64,000 nucleotides of DNA, taken from Podarcis pityusensis. Lineage: Eukaryota. Location of the stretch: the NCBI GenBank assembly GCA_964106645.2, contig OZ067040.1. One strand, given 5' to 3'. This document shows positions 24,441-38,901 of this stretch, in pieces (positions within the stretch are counted from its first letter, which is position 1; each line of letters starts with the position of its first letter). A program made the position numbers and the translations under genes. The notes beneath the pieces were generated by a model. The model had not been told where the DNA came from. It saw nothing but the letters and a program-made list of their open reading frames with translations, and ran no database searches.

Positions 24441-25702
24441 GTATGATAATTTACTTTGGCTATTGCTAAAAGTCTGCCATTTCACTTCCGCCTTCCAATT
24501 AGTCACCAAAAAAAAAAAGGAGCACATGTAAGCCAAAGTTCAGCACTTTCAAAAGACCCTGATGCCAGTAGGAAAACTGAGCACATATGCACATTGTTTC
24601 CACTGAAATAAATTAATGACAGAAGAGTTTAACTTTGCTTGGACCATGCCAAAAGTTATCTTTTTGCAAGTTGCATAGCAGCGGACACATGTAACTGAAA
24701 GCTCTATATAAGCATTCCTTAAGGGAAAGCATGTTTTATTATCTGATATTCCATCTGTCAAAACAGATTTCAACAATTAGTAGAGGACCCAGGTTAGAAT
24801 TTTGGAAGTTTTCAGAATCACAGCTGACAGTGGTGATAGGGGAGCAACTGTATGATGTAATATGCAATTAGTTAGCTTGCTCTGCAAATGATCGTGTCCA
24901 TTAAGGTGTTTTCAAAACATTTCTCTTCCTAGTTGCCTGGTAGTCTTCCATCCCAGTCAACCAAGCATAAACCACAACCTTGCCATTGGCATGTGGAAGG
25001 CAGGCTGCAGAGATTTTGCACTCATGAGACCAAAAGGTGTTAAGCAAGGGCTAACAGAAAGAGGGAGACTAATAGAAAGTGGCAGCCGAGAAGAAGAATC
25101 CAGCCTACTTCTCTCTGCTTCCTAACACTGCTCTTTCTTGCAGCTTTGTGATGACAAGATCCCCTGCTTTTCCTCCAACAACTAAGAATATTTCAGAGCT
25201 TCCACCCAGCAATTTATTGTGAATTGAGTGTTGCTCATGGGTGCAGGATTGGTGTAGCGTCCCCATTATAACTTCATCAAAATCCCATCCCATATTACTG
25301 CTTCCTAATTTAATAGAGTTTTTACTAGTTTCCAAACGGCATGTCATCCCTCAGGAGATTGACACCTAGACTTTTTGGAAAGGGAAATCCAGGGAGGTGG
25401 GAAAGAGGTGAGCACATGATGCAAAGTGTGTGAACGTCTTTCCAGATATTTATTTAATATCATGTGTTCAACGCATGCAGTTCACTTCTGTAGCACACTT
25501 GGTTGATCAAGAAAAACAATAATTTCTAGATCAAGAAAATGCAAGGCTGATCTCTTATGGGTGTTGTCACCTGTAAGATTAATATGGTGTTGATATGTCT
25601 TATAATTTCATATTTTAACTAAAGCAAACTATCAATTGTGAGGATTTTTGTCTGCATGTGCATGCCACCTTGTGTCTTGCAGCAGGAGAAAGGTAGGATA
25701 TA

Positions 25703-25866
25703 CTGTATTTACTCAAATCTAACGCTCACCTTTTTTGGCCAAATTACGTTGCAAAAATTAAGGTGTGCATTTACATTTGCCAGGAAATACTTTTTTTGGG
25801 TTTCAAGGTTCTGAAAATTGAGGTGCACATTAGAGTCAATGGCACATCAGACTTGAGTAAATACAG
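25703..25866. mobile_element. Tc2/pogo-type MITE
   Basis: TA-CTGTATTTACTCAA...TTGAGTAAATACAG-TA: perfect 14-bp TIR with TA TSD. Confidence 0.82.
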
Positions 25867-27126
25867 TAGATAAAAGGAAAGGAAATAAAGAAATAGATTC
25901 AGTGAATTTGTCTACTATAGCCAACCTCCATATATAAGGAGGAAGGTTTCCAATTAAATTTGAATCCCAGCTATTTTCTTTTTAGAAATTAACTAGTGAA
26001 TCTTTATGAGTGTGCTGTTAGTGCAGTTTGTGAATCATTGATATCAATTATAGTAGCATGGAATATCCAAAGAAAGTAAGAAGGAACGTAGACATGTGCA
26101 GCATGTGTCACTGACGTACCTCTACAATTAGATAACAAATGGCAGGCACTGTGAGCAGTCAGAGACATTAATGAGCTGTTGAAATACAGGAAGCAAAAAT
26201 GAGTCACAGTTCTTGCATCTGTGCATACCATTAATACCAAAAGCGGGGCTCGTTCACACTGATAATACACATATCTTCCCCTAGACAGGAGATGCATGAG
26301 TCTCTGCTTCAATTAATTACATATGAAAGCACTGGAAGCAAGACTTGGAACTTGCTTTCATTCACATCAAGGCTGTAGCTTAGTGGTGAGCCTATAAGAT
26401 AAGCCCATCTAATGCACCAGTCTGTTTACATAGTGGTTAGGCAGATGCCTATGGGAAGCCCACAAGAGAGCAAAGAGTGCAATGGAACTCTCCCACTCAT
26501 GCTCCCCAACAACTGACATTCAGAGATAATAATACTACCATTATATGATTACTACTAGCTGTTGATAGTCTTATTATCCATAGAGTTATCTAATCCCCTT
26601 TTGAAACCATCCAAGTTGGCAGCCTTCACTACCTCTTGTAGCAACAGATCCCATAGTTTAACAACTTGCTGTGTGTCCATGGGACAATGTCCTGGGTTCA
26701 ACCATTCCTGGTAAGCCTGGGAAAGACTCTGCCTAGACATCTGAAGAGCCACTGCCTGACTGTGTAGATATTATTGAGCAAATCAAGCGATGGTCTGACA
26801 CAGTTTATTTCTTACAGGCAACATCACAAAGGATTAGGTATCAATGACTGTTCTGCTCCACTAACATAGACAATATGTCCATGTCTACTAGTTGCTAGGA
26901 ATCACAAATTGGGGGGATACTATTGCAATCAGGTCTTGCTTGGACTGATCCAGCAGTGCTCTTCTTATGTTCTTAAAACAGCTTTCTATGTTCTTTCCAT
27001 TCACATCTGAAATTACCCCTCTTTTTAATGTAACATGTGCTTTGCCTTTGCTGCAAAATTCATTCCAGACATTTGGAAAGGACTGATTCAGCTAAGCCAT
27101 TTTTTGTTGTAATGATTCTTTGAGAC

Positions 27127-27164
27127 GTTTGTTTGTTTGTTTGTTTGTTTGTTTGTTTGTTTGT
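27127..27164. repeat. (GTTT)n microsatellite
   Basis: Direct reading. Confidence 0.92.
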
Positions 27165-28470
27165 AGGCTCATATATTTGCCTCAGTGTGAAAATGAAATG
27201 TCAGCCCCATAGCATAAACTTGTACATCATCTAGTTGGAACTTGTAGAAAGTTAACCATTCCTGCTCTCCAAATATTAGCACTTTTCGAGTCTGCCTTGT
27301 ATAATTTATCAAAATGTTCAGAACACTGAAAGCACTTAATGCTGTGTTATTTTTTGAGGCAGCTAGATTTGTGACTCAATTTCTAATCACACACACACAT
27401 CAATGGATCAGTGGTTTTCTTTACGAAGCATTAAGGATTGTCTCCAACAAAGTTGTCACCTTCACACCAGGGCTTCTGCTTGGGCAATAAAATTTCCCCT
27501 CCCTCTCATCTCCCCATGGGTCCCATGTGACTCCCAATCTTCTCCAGAGGGCTGAGGGAACCCCAAAATAAATTTGGGGAGCAAGCAGGGGAATGAGAGA
27601 GGGGGGCATTTCTGTTGCACAAATGGGACAGCTTCACTGGATAAGTGATATAACCATAAATGTGATGGTGTTATTTATGCAGAGGACACACACGCACACC
27701 CATCTATTCTTTTAGCTTAAAATGAATTTTCCTCTCATTGCTTTATGGGAAGTCTAAAGTGAGGTTTTTAATCGACTTAATATGAACTACTAGCCTGGTG
27801 TCAATCCAGTTTTATTACTATAGTATTTTGAAGTATGTTCAGAGATTGAAAAACAGATTTGTAATGGTTGGCTGGGCACTTGTATTCTATATATTGGAAA
27901 TAAGATATCTCACTGTAGAGAAGCAGATTTTTATTTTTATTTTTTTTAAAAAAGCTCTTGCTTAGACCCACCTTTCATTACCAACTGAAATCAAATTCTA
28001 AGTATAATTAACTGCATTTGCTCACATTAATTGCTTTCTGTTCTTGCCTGTCCTGCCTTTGCCTGTCCACAGCAATTATAGTGGCCACTTATGCATAATA
28101 AAAAGAATGTTTCTCCATCAAAAAAGATGAATAGATGATACAGGTTTGCATAAAATCTACATATACATACTTAGAAATTATTAATAGCATTTAAAATAGA
28201 AATGCAAAACAGCTCCCATAACTAGATGACCCAAGTGCCTTTTCAGTCTGCTGCCCTGTTGCCCCCGTCTTATGGTTCTTTAACTTCAAGCCAGGCTTGG
28301 ACTGGACAGCCCTTCAAAGAGAGGACTCTTCTCTATAAAGTAAGACACATGGCCACCCTACCAGCAGTCAAATTCTAGATTGTAAGCTTGCTGGGGCAAG
28401 GAAGAGCTTGTTTTCTCAAGGAATGTATTGCAAGGTTAAAACAGTACTAAGTGAAGGGTGGGAGATGATT

Positions 28471-28478
28471 GATAGATG

Positions 28479-28511
<33 letters not shown>
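28471..28511. repeat. (GATA)n microsatellite
   Basis: Direct reading. Confidence 0.92.
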
Positions 28512-29880
28512 CTGGATATTATGCAACACATTTTGATGGAGAAGGCTGGTGATAATTTATGGAAGAGCAGTTGATATGCTTTGTGTGCAATAAGTTATGT
28601 AGCTCACATATACGGATCTATGATTTTGAAGTATTTAAAATAGCCCATCATATAATTTGCATGCTAATGCAATGGCAGTCCTCACTGCCAGATGAAGATC
28701 TTGAACTCCCAGCACAGTTTCTGCCAAAGTATCAAATGCATACATCAGATGTATGTATGCATACATAGGCAAGGCACAGGTTAAAAAGTGCAGCAGGTGG
28801 AGAGGCGATATAGATACATGGCTAATCACAATCTAAAGCATTGTTCCAGCAAGCAACATGTCCCCTGCACCTTCCTTTTGAAGAACGGGACCAAGGCAAG
28901 CAAGCAGACACTCCTTCAAGTAGCTTAGGTTTGCAAAGTTTGTTTGCGCTGGCACTAACCCCTCTGTTTGTGGGAATTGGTGCCAATTCGGCATTCGATT
29001 TGCCAGAGGTGGTGGTGCCGGGGTGTGTCTGGTGTCACAGAGGCAGAACACTCTTTTGCCAATCTGCGTAGTCCCTCCCCTGGGTCCAACTCTCAATTTC
29101 TTGGACTACTGGCCTCTTCCTCCCCAAACTCAGACACTTCTTGGGGTCCCAGTTTCACCGCTGGCATCCCACTATGATCCTTCCCAGGGTTGTTCAGCTC
29201 CAACTCCCTAAACTCTTCCCATTCCTCATCAGGATCCAACCATCCCCCTCCATGATATCTCTAACGGGAATCATGACTGCTAACTTTCTTTAGAACTTCA
29301 GGCAACCTGGCAAGTTTATTAGAGTAATCGCCAGTTTTAATTGCCATTTACTTATTCATGTGAGACACGCAAGATTTCAGAAGGGCAAAATCTGCTCCAG
29401 CTTCACTTTTCTCAGTTTCCTCCTCCCTTGTATATAATTGCTGTCACCAACTGCTCATTTGTATTTGAATAAATAGCCCAAACAAGCAACCCTAAGATGC
29501 CTGAAGCTACAACTTTCTTTGCCTTCTTAATTTTTTACTGCAACATGACACACAATGGCATATCTTACTCCTAGTGAAGTCATTGTTCCCGTTTTCAGCT
29601 GCAACCCTGCCAGCCTACATATTATGTTTGTGAAATGCCTATTTCTTCTTCATTTTTATGCTCAGCAGTTTGCCTCCCCTATATTTATTGTAATACTTAT
29701 AATCTCCAAAATAAATTTTACATAAAATAGAGGCTCATGTTTTTGTTCGGTCTTTACAGTATCTCTATGCCCTTTTCAGCTGTTGTTTTTTTAAAAAAGG
29801 ATAAACAGCAATTCATATGCAGAGGATGTCACTGAAGGGGTATTAACATAATGTATTGTTTTGTTTAATCATGGAGATAG

Positions 29881-29968
29881 CAGTGCAATCTTCTACATGT
29901 GTACTCCGAAGTAGGCCTCATTGAGCTTAATGGGACTTACTTCTGGGTTAGCAAGTTTAAGATTGCAG
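29881..29968. repeat. Short palindromic dispersed repeat (MITE-like)
   Basis: TGCAATC...GAAGTAGGCCTCATTGAGCTTAATGGGACTTACTTC...GATTGCA is self-complementary. Related copies near 17823-17915 and 62450-62600. Confidence 0.6.
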
Positions 29969-31208
29969 ATATCCTAAAATCTCTTCATGGAACGCCACTT
30001 TCATATTTATTTATTTATTATTTATATAATGGATTTATACACCTTTCTTCTTGAACACATTATAAAGGAGCCTTAAAAACTCCCCATAAAGCAATACTCA
30101 TGGTTCTTCATACCTGCAGAGTTTTCCCCTTGAAATGTATGCATTTCAAGCATAGCTACTACTTTGAAGAATAATGGGATTGTTGTTTTTCAGTTATTAA
30201 TATGACTTGTTATTAATAGCTGGATAAGGAGTGAAGCTTGGATCAAAAGTTGCCTTGCACCAGTGAAAATGAATTTGTGCTTGTGCAACCACGTGATCCT
30301 TACAGTTTCCACTGATTCCCCCATCCCATCCCATGCCCCATGCCATTCTAGAGGCCCCCTACTTCCCAGGAGTGGCTTTTAAGTGTGTAGGGAATGCCCT
30401 ACTCTATGAGTAAAATGTTAAATGGAGTTCTCTGGACCTGACTCATAATCTTTTGGTGAGAAATATATATTTACTCCATGGTTTTATATAATATTAACTT
30501 TGTAATTTACACTTAGTTTACTTGCTGTATATTCCTTATGATCTGATAAATGTTGATGCTCTTCAGACCGCAGGAGAGCATGACATAGCAGTTGCTTTAA
30601 AATAGATAATTCTTTACAAACAAGGTTACGTTAGCGATATAGGACTTGCCCATATAGCTATCCCATGAATATATGGCATTGTCCTGCCCTTGAATCAAGA
30701 GCCATTCATCAATCCATCTTGCTTCTTTAACTGGAAGCAGATCTACCAAGTTTTGGTCAAGTCTTTCCCAGTCCTACTGTTTGAGATGCCTAATGATAGA
30801 TCTTGGAGATTAAACCTAGGATCTTCTGCATGCAGGGTATGTCCTCTGTCACTGAATGATGGCTATGACATATGTACATATTCTCAAATCCTTGTGGATA
30901 TTTTTGCACATTGCTCAGTTTTTGACAGATGTGCTGCTATGCACATACATCAAATTATGTACTTTATTAAACATTGTTCAGCTTCTATGTGCAATGACTT
31001 TCAGCAGCTAGTTTTAGCGACACCAGAAAGAACCAGGATGCTCTATAGATTGCATAAGTTGAGGGTTTGCACATTAGAGACCTTAGAGCATTGGTGTGCC
31101 CATTGTGCTTTCTTCTTCCATTGTAGAAGTGATGGTCAGCAGGATTATGTAATATATAACTTCTGGTAGACTGAGTTGAAATTCATTTTCAAAGATTTTA
31201 TTCTGCAG

Positions 31209-31325
31209 GTCATTCATATGGGGTGGGTGAATGAGAGGCTCCAGGGCGCAGATTCCCCTCAGCTCTATAAATTCAAGTTCCTGGCATTGAAGGGTTCGTC
31301 ATTCTACATATTCAGCACGCCACCG
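31209..31325 (+). CDS. SNTG2: SNTG2 coding exon (start of PH domain)
   Basis: ttttattctgcag / gtaagc. 117 nt, VIHMGWVNERLQGADSPQLYKFKFLALKGSSFYIFSTPP. Confidence 0.96.
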
Positions 31326-31921
31326 GTAAGCAACCTTTTCGCATGCGATTGTTATTGAAATTCTTTTTGTTGGAACAGAAAATGACCCTTCCTATTGAAT
31401 AATGAAGCACAGTGGAATTTACAAAAGGATGTTCACAACAACTCTTTCAGACACTGTTAATCTTTCTCTCCCATGCATAAAACATGGAGATCACTGGGAG
31501 CAGGACTTATTCAGGGCTTTAATAATGTCATCAGGGCTTTCTTTGCTTTTTGGGCCAAAGTTGAGGCCCAGGTGGCCTGATGCAGGTACCTAAAGCATCA
31601 CTAGCTAACTAATAAATTATAATTGTAGCAGGTTTGTGGTAGATGTGATAGCATGAGATATTAGGAGCAGGAGTACAATTGCATGGTGACTTCTGAATGA
31701 GCAGTAAGGGCTTTTGACCCTTTTCCTCTACAATCCACGTCTCTAGAGAAAAAGGTCACAAGCCTTGGTGCTCATTCAAAATCTGTCTAGAACCATCCTG
31801 AAAGCAGAGTCTCTTGGACAAAATTTTCTTTCGCCACCATCTTTAGAATGAAGCCTTGTATTTTTAGTTACAGCCACTTTTGACAACTGGAAGGCCACAG
31901 GTTCCCTCCTTCATGCTTGTA

Positions 31922-31923
<2 letters not shown>

Positions 31924-31953
<30 letters not shown>
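31924..31953. repeat. (CA)n microsatellite
   Basis: Direct reading. Confidence 0.95.
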
Positions 31954-31955
<2 letters not shown>

Positions 31956-32635
31956 GACGATGCATGGAGATGGAATGGCAAACAATTTAGTGGTGTGGGA
32001 TCTGGCGCAAGATACTGATTTCTTTACTTAACATAAAGGATAGGGAAGTATTTAGTTACAACAATATAATATGACGCTGAAGGGAAAAAATGACACGTGG
32101 AACTTCCACCCGCTTCTTTTTTTAAAAAAAATCCTGGTAACAAGATTGTCTTACGAACAGTGCCAAATCCTTTGCTTGAAAAACTCAGTTTTTTTGGTTA
32201 AGGAAAATAGGGGAATTATGTAAAGCAATAATTTATAAGAACATGCCTATTTTTCACATATTTATGTAACCTGTATGTTTTATTCTTAATCTAATAGTTG
32301 ATATTTTGAAACTTGGAATTCAAAAGTTAGTGTGTTGTGGTGTCAGGAGGTCGAATTTTCACACAATTTGCCAATCTTCTTGTGTTCTTAAGTGCAAGAT
32401 GTTGACTGTCAAAACGTGTTAGCAGTTCCTTTGGCTCCTTATAAACAGGTGTGCCCATCACAAAAAGCAACATTGTCATTATCACTAATTAGTGTTGCTA
32501 ATTTGAAGTTGTTGTTAATCACTTCCTAAATGTGAATAGACTGTGAACACTAAAAATGAGTATGGTAGAATAAGTTTATTTGACTGGTACAAACTACCAT
32601 ATTGCAATTACAAGCTTTGGGCTGTATGCAGATAA

Positions 32636-33110
32636 TTAGCATATGTAATGAGACAGGAATCCAATAGCTCTATTAAGACCAGGTTTCTCCATAGTTTTCA
32701 GCTTAGTGATAAGTTGTAATTCAGCAACTTCTCTTTCAAGTGTGTTTCTGAAATTCTTTTGCAATAAGACTGCTGCTTTGAGCTCCTGTATTGAATGTCC
32801 TGGGAGACTGAAGTGTTCTCCTACTGGCTTCTCTGTCTTGTGATTCCTGATGTCAGATTTATGTCCATTTATCCTTTGGTATAGGGTTTGGCCTGTTTGT
32901 CCAATATAAAGAGCTGAAGGGCACTGCTGGCATTTGATGGCATACACAGTGTTAGAAGATGATCAATTAAATAGGCCTGAGATGGTATGTTTGATGTTGT
33001 TGGCTCCAGTGATGGTGTTGTCTGGGTGTATGTTGCAGCAAAGTTGGCATCTGGGTTTATTGCAGGCTCTGGTACCAGTGTCCATGTTAAGTCTGCTTGC
33101 TGTATTATTG
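32636..33110 (-). mobile_element. Penelope-like element fragment: Cys-rich linker plus GIY-YIG endonuclease (Neptune-type)
   Basis: YAIKCQQCPSALYIGQTGQTLYQRINGHKSDI...EHF...E..LI.KLKT..PGLN, preceded by RACNKPRCQLCCNI. Confidence 0.88.
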
Positions 33111-33377
33111 TGGGTGAGGAGTTGCATTTCATATTATTAGGCAACACTACCATCTTCATTTTCTTTTCTATGAAGAGCCTCCAAATGTGTGTCTGTCTAA
33201 ACTTTGTGGGTGGGCAGCAAAGGACAGTGGGCACTCATCTCCACTTAAGAGCTTCCAAGGACATTTGACCGACTATTATTATAGCGACGAAATGCATTTG
33301 TTTATTCATAGGCATTAAGAGTTGATCCTTCACCATGCTGTTCCAGGAACAGAATATTAGCAAGTGGGTAGTAGTTA

Positions 33378-33810
33378 CCGTATTTTTCGCTCTCTAAGAC
33401 GCACTTTTCCCCTCCTAAAAAGTAAGGGGAAATGTGTGTGCGTCTTATGGAGCAAATGCAGGCTCCATGGCTTCAGCAAAAGCAACGCAAAGCCTCCGGA
33501 GCACAGCGGGAGCACTCCCGCTGCTTCGCGTTGCTTTCACTGAAGCCAGGAGAGCAAGAGGGGTCAGTGCACACCGATCCCTCTTGCTCTCCTGGCTTCG
33601 CTTCGCTGGAGAGGCGCTGCGCAGCTTTCCCTCTCTGCGCAGCGCCCCTTCAGCAAAGCAGGAGGAGAAATGGAAGGGGCTCTGCTTCTCCTGCCGCTTC
33701 ACTGAAGGGGCGCTGCGCAAAGAGGGAGAGAATATTTTTTTTCTTGTTCTCTCCCTCTAAAACCAGGTGCGTCTTATGGTTGGGTGTGTCTTATAGAGCG
33801 AAAAATGTGG
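33378..33810. mobile_element. Tc2/pogo-type non-autonomous DNA transposon
   Basis: TA-CCGTATTTTTCGCTCTCTAAGACGCAC ... GTGTGTCTTATAGAGCGAAAAATGTGG-TA, with a GC-rich internal repeat core. Confidence 0.82.
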
Positions 33811-35429
33811 TACTTAACACTTGGATGTACTGCTATGCTGGACTCAGGGCCCTGCTTATTATGGGCTTCCCAGAGGCATCTGGTTGGCCATTGTGACAAC
33901 AGGATATTAGACTAGATGGGCCTCTGGCCTGGATCCAATAGGTCAGAGGCAGTAACACTTCTAAATACCAGGTGCTGGAAAGTACAGAGATTTCTCTTGT
34001 GCTCCTGTCCTTGTTGGGTTCTTCTCGTAGGCCTCTGGTCGGTTACTGTGATATCAGGATGCTGGACAAGACGGGCCATTTGTCTCATCCAGGAGACCGT
34101 TCTTATGTCCCTACTTTTTAACGTTTTCATGTAACAGTTTGGTAAAGAGAGAAGGAAGCGCCCTAAGCGTTTTGAAACTTTCAAGTCCTGTCTTACCCTT
34201 CCCTAGTGAGAGGTGGAGCAAACAGAAGCCTGGCTTCACTTCTCAGCATGTGTTATCGGAGGGCAAACAGAATGCCATGTTCCACAGCTAGTAAGTCGAG
34301 ACGTTTAAAGGAGAACATTGAACAGAGAATTCTTAGGAGAAACTGGGTAATTCAAGTCATACCCTTTGATTGCCAAGCATCTATGGGTGAGTGAGACAAG
34401 AGCTACCAGTGAACAGTTATACTCACTGACAACAAAAGGTAAAATATAGCAAGCCATGTGCCTCCCTTTCATAGCATATAACTGACAGAGTTCAAATAGC
34501 GATGGAAGAAATTTGACCTCTTGAACACAATTACACACTATGTGGGTTTGCAGCTTCATAGTCATTTCTCTTCATCAGTGCATACAGACACACAGATCAA
34601 TGTAGAGGACAAAAACAGGATTGTGACCCAATCCCAACAGCTCGCAGAACTGAAAAAACAGGTGCTGTAGGAATTTTCCAAAAAACTTTGGAAGGCCAAC
34701 TTTGCTTTTGCATTGTTATATTACATGCACATATTCCGATGAACATGTTCAGAATTGTATCGGAGCAGCTTGATTTAAAACCAGACAGTTAACAACTGTT
34801 TTCAATCAAGATGAAAGGCTTACTTAAACCATCGATTTCATGAAGTTTCCAAACACTGGCATTCCAAGCATGCATACAACACTGGTTGTGAAAACTATTA
34901 AGACAGCTTGGTTTGTGACTAAATAGAAAGTTTATTGTGAGTTTCCACAATGCACATCCCTTTTTTGAACCATCATTTTTGTAAGATTCATGTGTTCAAC
35001 CTCAGTTCTTCTAATACAGCCTCCTTAGGTTAATACACTCATAGCTTCACCCTTACAAAATAATATTTCTAATTTTATTAGAAGGAGACAAAGTTGCTTA
35101 TGCACTGCTACCCTATTTGCCATAATAATGAATTGCTGAGTCATAAACAAATTTGTCATTTTGATTAGAATACTTGCATTAAGATATATTTTAAAGGTTT
35201 TGTTTTACTCATATTTCTTTCTTGCTTTAAAAACCACAAGCACCTCAGCAGGAGGTGTGCTTTTAAATAAGGTTTTGTTGCACTGTTCAGTTTGATTCAA
35301 AACCTAGTTACTTGGCATTCCATAAGATGATGGGGTTGCCTTTAGTCATGCAAAACCTTGTGCATTGCTTAGTACAGGTCGGTAATATTAAGCCTCTGAT
35401 CCAGAGATTTACGTATGCTTATGAAGACT

Positions 35430-35580
35430 TGTGTCCAAAGTGGAGTTTGGGCCTATGCCCCGCAAAAGTCACCCCACACACTTTCGACTGCCTAGCACAA
35501 ACACCACTGATGTGCTAGGCAGTTGAAAGTGTGTGGGGTGACTTTTGGGGGGCATAGGCCCGAACTCCACTTTGGACACA
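35430..35580. repeat. Long inverted repeat: 70-bp arms, 11-nt loop
   Basis: 35430-35499 is the reverse complement of 35511-35580 at 67/70 positions. Confidence 0.97.
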
Positions 35581-36699
35581 TGGACACACCCAAAACGCCC
35601 CCTGAAAATGAAACAGACAGCTGTATGACCGAAAAACTACCATGAATGTCAGGTCTAAACTGTGAGCCACATTTTGTTCAGCCCCCATTTTGTGGGCTGG
35701 GAAAATGGAAGATAACTATATGGCTTTTTCCTGTGATAATCACATCCCGCCCCCCTCCCTTGAAAAAGGAGAGACAAAAACACTTCAAAAAGTACGGTAC
35801 CGACCCCTGTCTTTTGCCAGATAGAAAATGTGGGGTTTAATTTACTTGTTTACATATTTATAATCCACACTTTCATAAAAATGTGTCAGTACAGCATATA
35901 AGAATGAAATCAGCATAAAGCATCTGTAAAAACATCAATACAACATTAAATGCTGATTGGTTAAAATAGAGAAAATTCATATTGCCTGTCTAAACAATGC
36001 AGTTTTCAAAATTACATGAATTTTCTCAAAATGATGGACCAAACAGTCAGAAGGCCTCTGTTGCCTAAAGGGTCCCATCCTTACCAGCAGGATGATGAGG
36101 AAAGCTCTGCTGGATGATTACTTGAGGATGCAGTAAACATTAGGTCCCCAAATACATGTCATTTTAACCCCATGGACCCAAGATTATTGGGAGTCTTAGG
36201 CCTGTACCTTGTCTTGTTGTTTTTTTTCTTGTACTGAACAACCAGGACACCAATCTGGTTCTAGGAGTTAAAACACCATCCTTACTATTTCAGTAGAGAG
36301 AAATTAGCAACCAGCACCCTCATATCAAGCTCCCAACCACCTGAAATAGTAGGGATCTTGCAGAATCCTCATAGATAGGTGTGCCTGCACCTAATGCTAT
36401 ATTGTGGAATCTGTTGGGACTCTGATATGAGATACCCACACAGCAGAAGTTGTCCCCAGTTCCAGTCACTACACAGGCTGCTTAAGGTCCAAAATAGATT
36501 ATTGCTGCAGAAGATAAGGCTTCAGTAATACAGTTCCACATGTTGGTATATACATACAGCTTATATGTGGAAATATATCTGTTGCTTCAGCAATTCAAGA
36601 CATAACACAGACTCCGACTCATGGGCCGATGAATAAGCTGACGTGCCATAATCACTTATATAGAAGGCACTGACCTTGCATCTAATGGCTTATCTTATA

Positions 36700-36941
36700 C
36701 AGTGGTACCTCAGGTTACAGACGCTTCAGGTTACAGATGCTTCAGGTTACAGACTCCGCTAACCCAGAAATAGTACCTCGGGTTAAGAGCTTTGCTTCAG
36801 GATGAGAACAGAAATCATGCTCTGGCGGCGCGGTGGCAGTGGGAGGCCCGGTTAGTTAAAGTGGTGTCTCAGGTTAAGAACAGTTTCAGGTTAAGAATGG
36901 ACCTCCAGAACGAATTAAGTTCTTAACCCAAGGTACCACTG
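36700..36941. mobile_element. Tc1/mariner-type MITE (family A)
   Basis: CAGTGGTACCT TIRs and TA TSD. Same orientation as the copies at 3141 and 59061. Confidence 0.92.
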
Positions 36942-38901
36942 TACATGGGGTGATTTGTGCCCATGCAGAAAATTCACCCCTTCTTCCATGTCCAGTTTCT
37001 CCAACAGAATCTCTATTGCTAGAAGGGGGGCTCACCTTCCAGCCTTGTTCCAGGAGCATTTCTCCTCGTTTAAACTCTTGAAGCTGATACTCTCCCCCCA
37101 CCTCTGCACTCTGCTGAAGTTATTTGAGTTTCTTCCTCTTCCTGTGCTTCTATCCCCTTGACCTTTGGCCACCTTGCATTCTCATACCCATCAGGGTTAC
37201 CAGCACACTGTTCCCTCAAATCCATCTTCTGCTCCCTCATTTCAGTGCAGAGGAAAGCTCTTCACTCCTATGCCTTTCCATGCATAGAATTGTGTTCTGC
37301 TGTGTATTTATATATATTCTTGAAAAATTCACTTAACATCAGCATAGAAAATCTGGCAACTACATGTCAAAGAAGCCCTTCTTGCGAAGATCAGCACATT
37401 CATCAATGCTGAATTATAGGGACAAAGCAGTGTATCAGCACTGTCAATCTAGATGGGTTAAACCAGATTTTTTAAAAAAGCTAATCTGTTATTCAAGAAC
37501 TGTAGGAAGACTTCAGCAAAAACATTCACTAGAAAGGAAAGACTTAATCCCTTGATCACAATGGTACCTTTTTAGCAAAACTGACATATCAGAAAGCTTT
37601 AATCTATTTGCTTGGGTTGTATAGGCTTTGTTGGGTTTGTTTTGTTTGTTTTTATCTATGAAATCTATACTATGAGCAAGATTGCTGAATTTGCTCTTTT
37701 ATTGTTGGAAATATTTGTTTGGAATATGATCAACTGGTTGGGTGTTTTGTTTTTTTCTTTCCATTTTTCTAATGGGAACAATGATTACTTTAAAATTCAG
37801 AGACTCTAGAGAGCTAAGTACTCCTACAAGCATCAAATCCACACACAGAGATATCTGCAACCCATTAGACACCATTCAAGTACATAAGATTGTACATCTT
37901 TAATTTACCATATTATTTTGCTAAAAGAAGAGTACAAGCAATGAAGCTGTCTCAAGAAAACTAGCACAAGGTGTCTCATTTTCAGTGTGGAAATTAAGTT
38001 AATTCCTCTTTTTGCAAGGATTATTTAGCATTTAGATCTAACTATTACTTTTATTTAAAAATAGTTATATCATTTTAAGTAAAATGTTATTTATTTCACT
38101 CAGCCTCACTCAGCTGCATAGTTGTACCCCTTCAGTCAAACTTTTTGAATGCCTATGTTGTGGGATTTTGATATATGTGGTGTTCTGATATATGTGGTGT
38201 TAGGAGTACAAAATCTGTCAAGTTTAGAGATACCACAATTTTTGCTACCTTTGTGGAAAGTAGTTTAATATATGACAGACTTCATAAATGGCACCCAACA
38301 GGCCCCTGTAGGAGTTAAACAACTTTTCATGGATTGGACAGGTGCAGGCCTTGGCAATTATTTTGTAACTGCAGTTGCTCAAGAGGCTAATTAGGGACTG
38401 GAAATTACGTTTTTGCCTGGTTCTGGCAAAGTCTTTTGAACTATTGTCCTCAAGACTATCATGTTAAATAAAACAGCAAACAAATGTGATCACAAAAGAT
38501 TCTCAATAAGCTATTACTCGGCATTTCCCACTTCTAATTCATTTTAATTATGTTTAAATAAAATTAAAGAATTCTGGGAGAGGGGCAAGTCTGTATATCA
38601 ACTTTCCGTGTTCCAGAATATTAACGCTGGGTGTGTCTTGGAGGAAAACACATTTCCTGATGCAACCCTTACGCTATTCTTCCAGAGGACAGGCTCCAGA
38701 AGGAAATGGAGACATTCAGAAACACTGGGAAACTCTGGTATGCTAGAGCAATATAGGTTTGGATGATCTGGAAGGGCTGGTCCCGGAAGGGTACTTCCCA
38801 TGCACAATTAAGCTAAGGTCAAAGGAGTCAGGTTCGGTGACTGTCTGCTTCTTGCATTTTTACAGTGGGTACTGGACTTCACATACAATGTCCTTTCCTC
38901 T

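Noticed and set aside
31326-31340. Intron start (VSNL) mimicking the next exon start (VSTL) as an exon-duplication trace
   Set aside because: Only 8/12 nt match, and most of that is forced by the GTAAG donor consensus.
33432-33896. Three overlapping ORFs (91-154 aa)
   Set aside because: They arise from the GC-rich interior of a non-autonomous transposon and have no transposase motifs.
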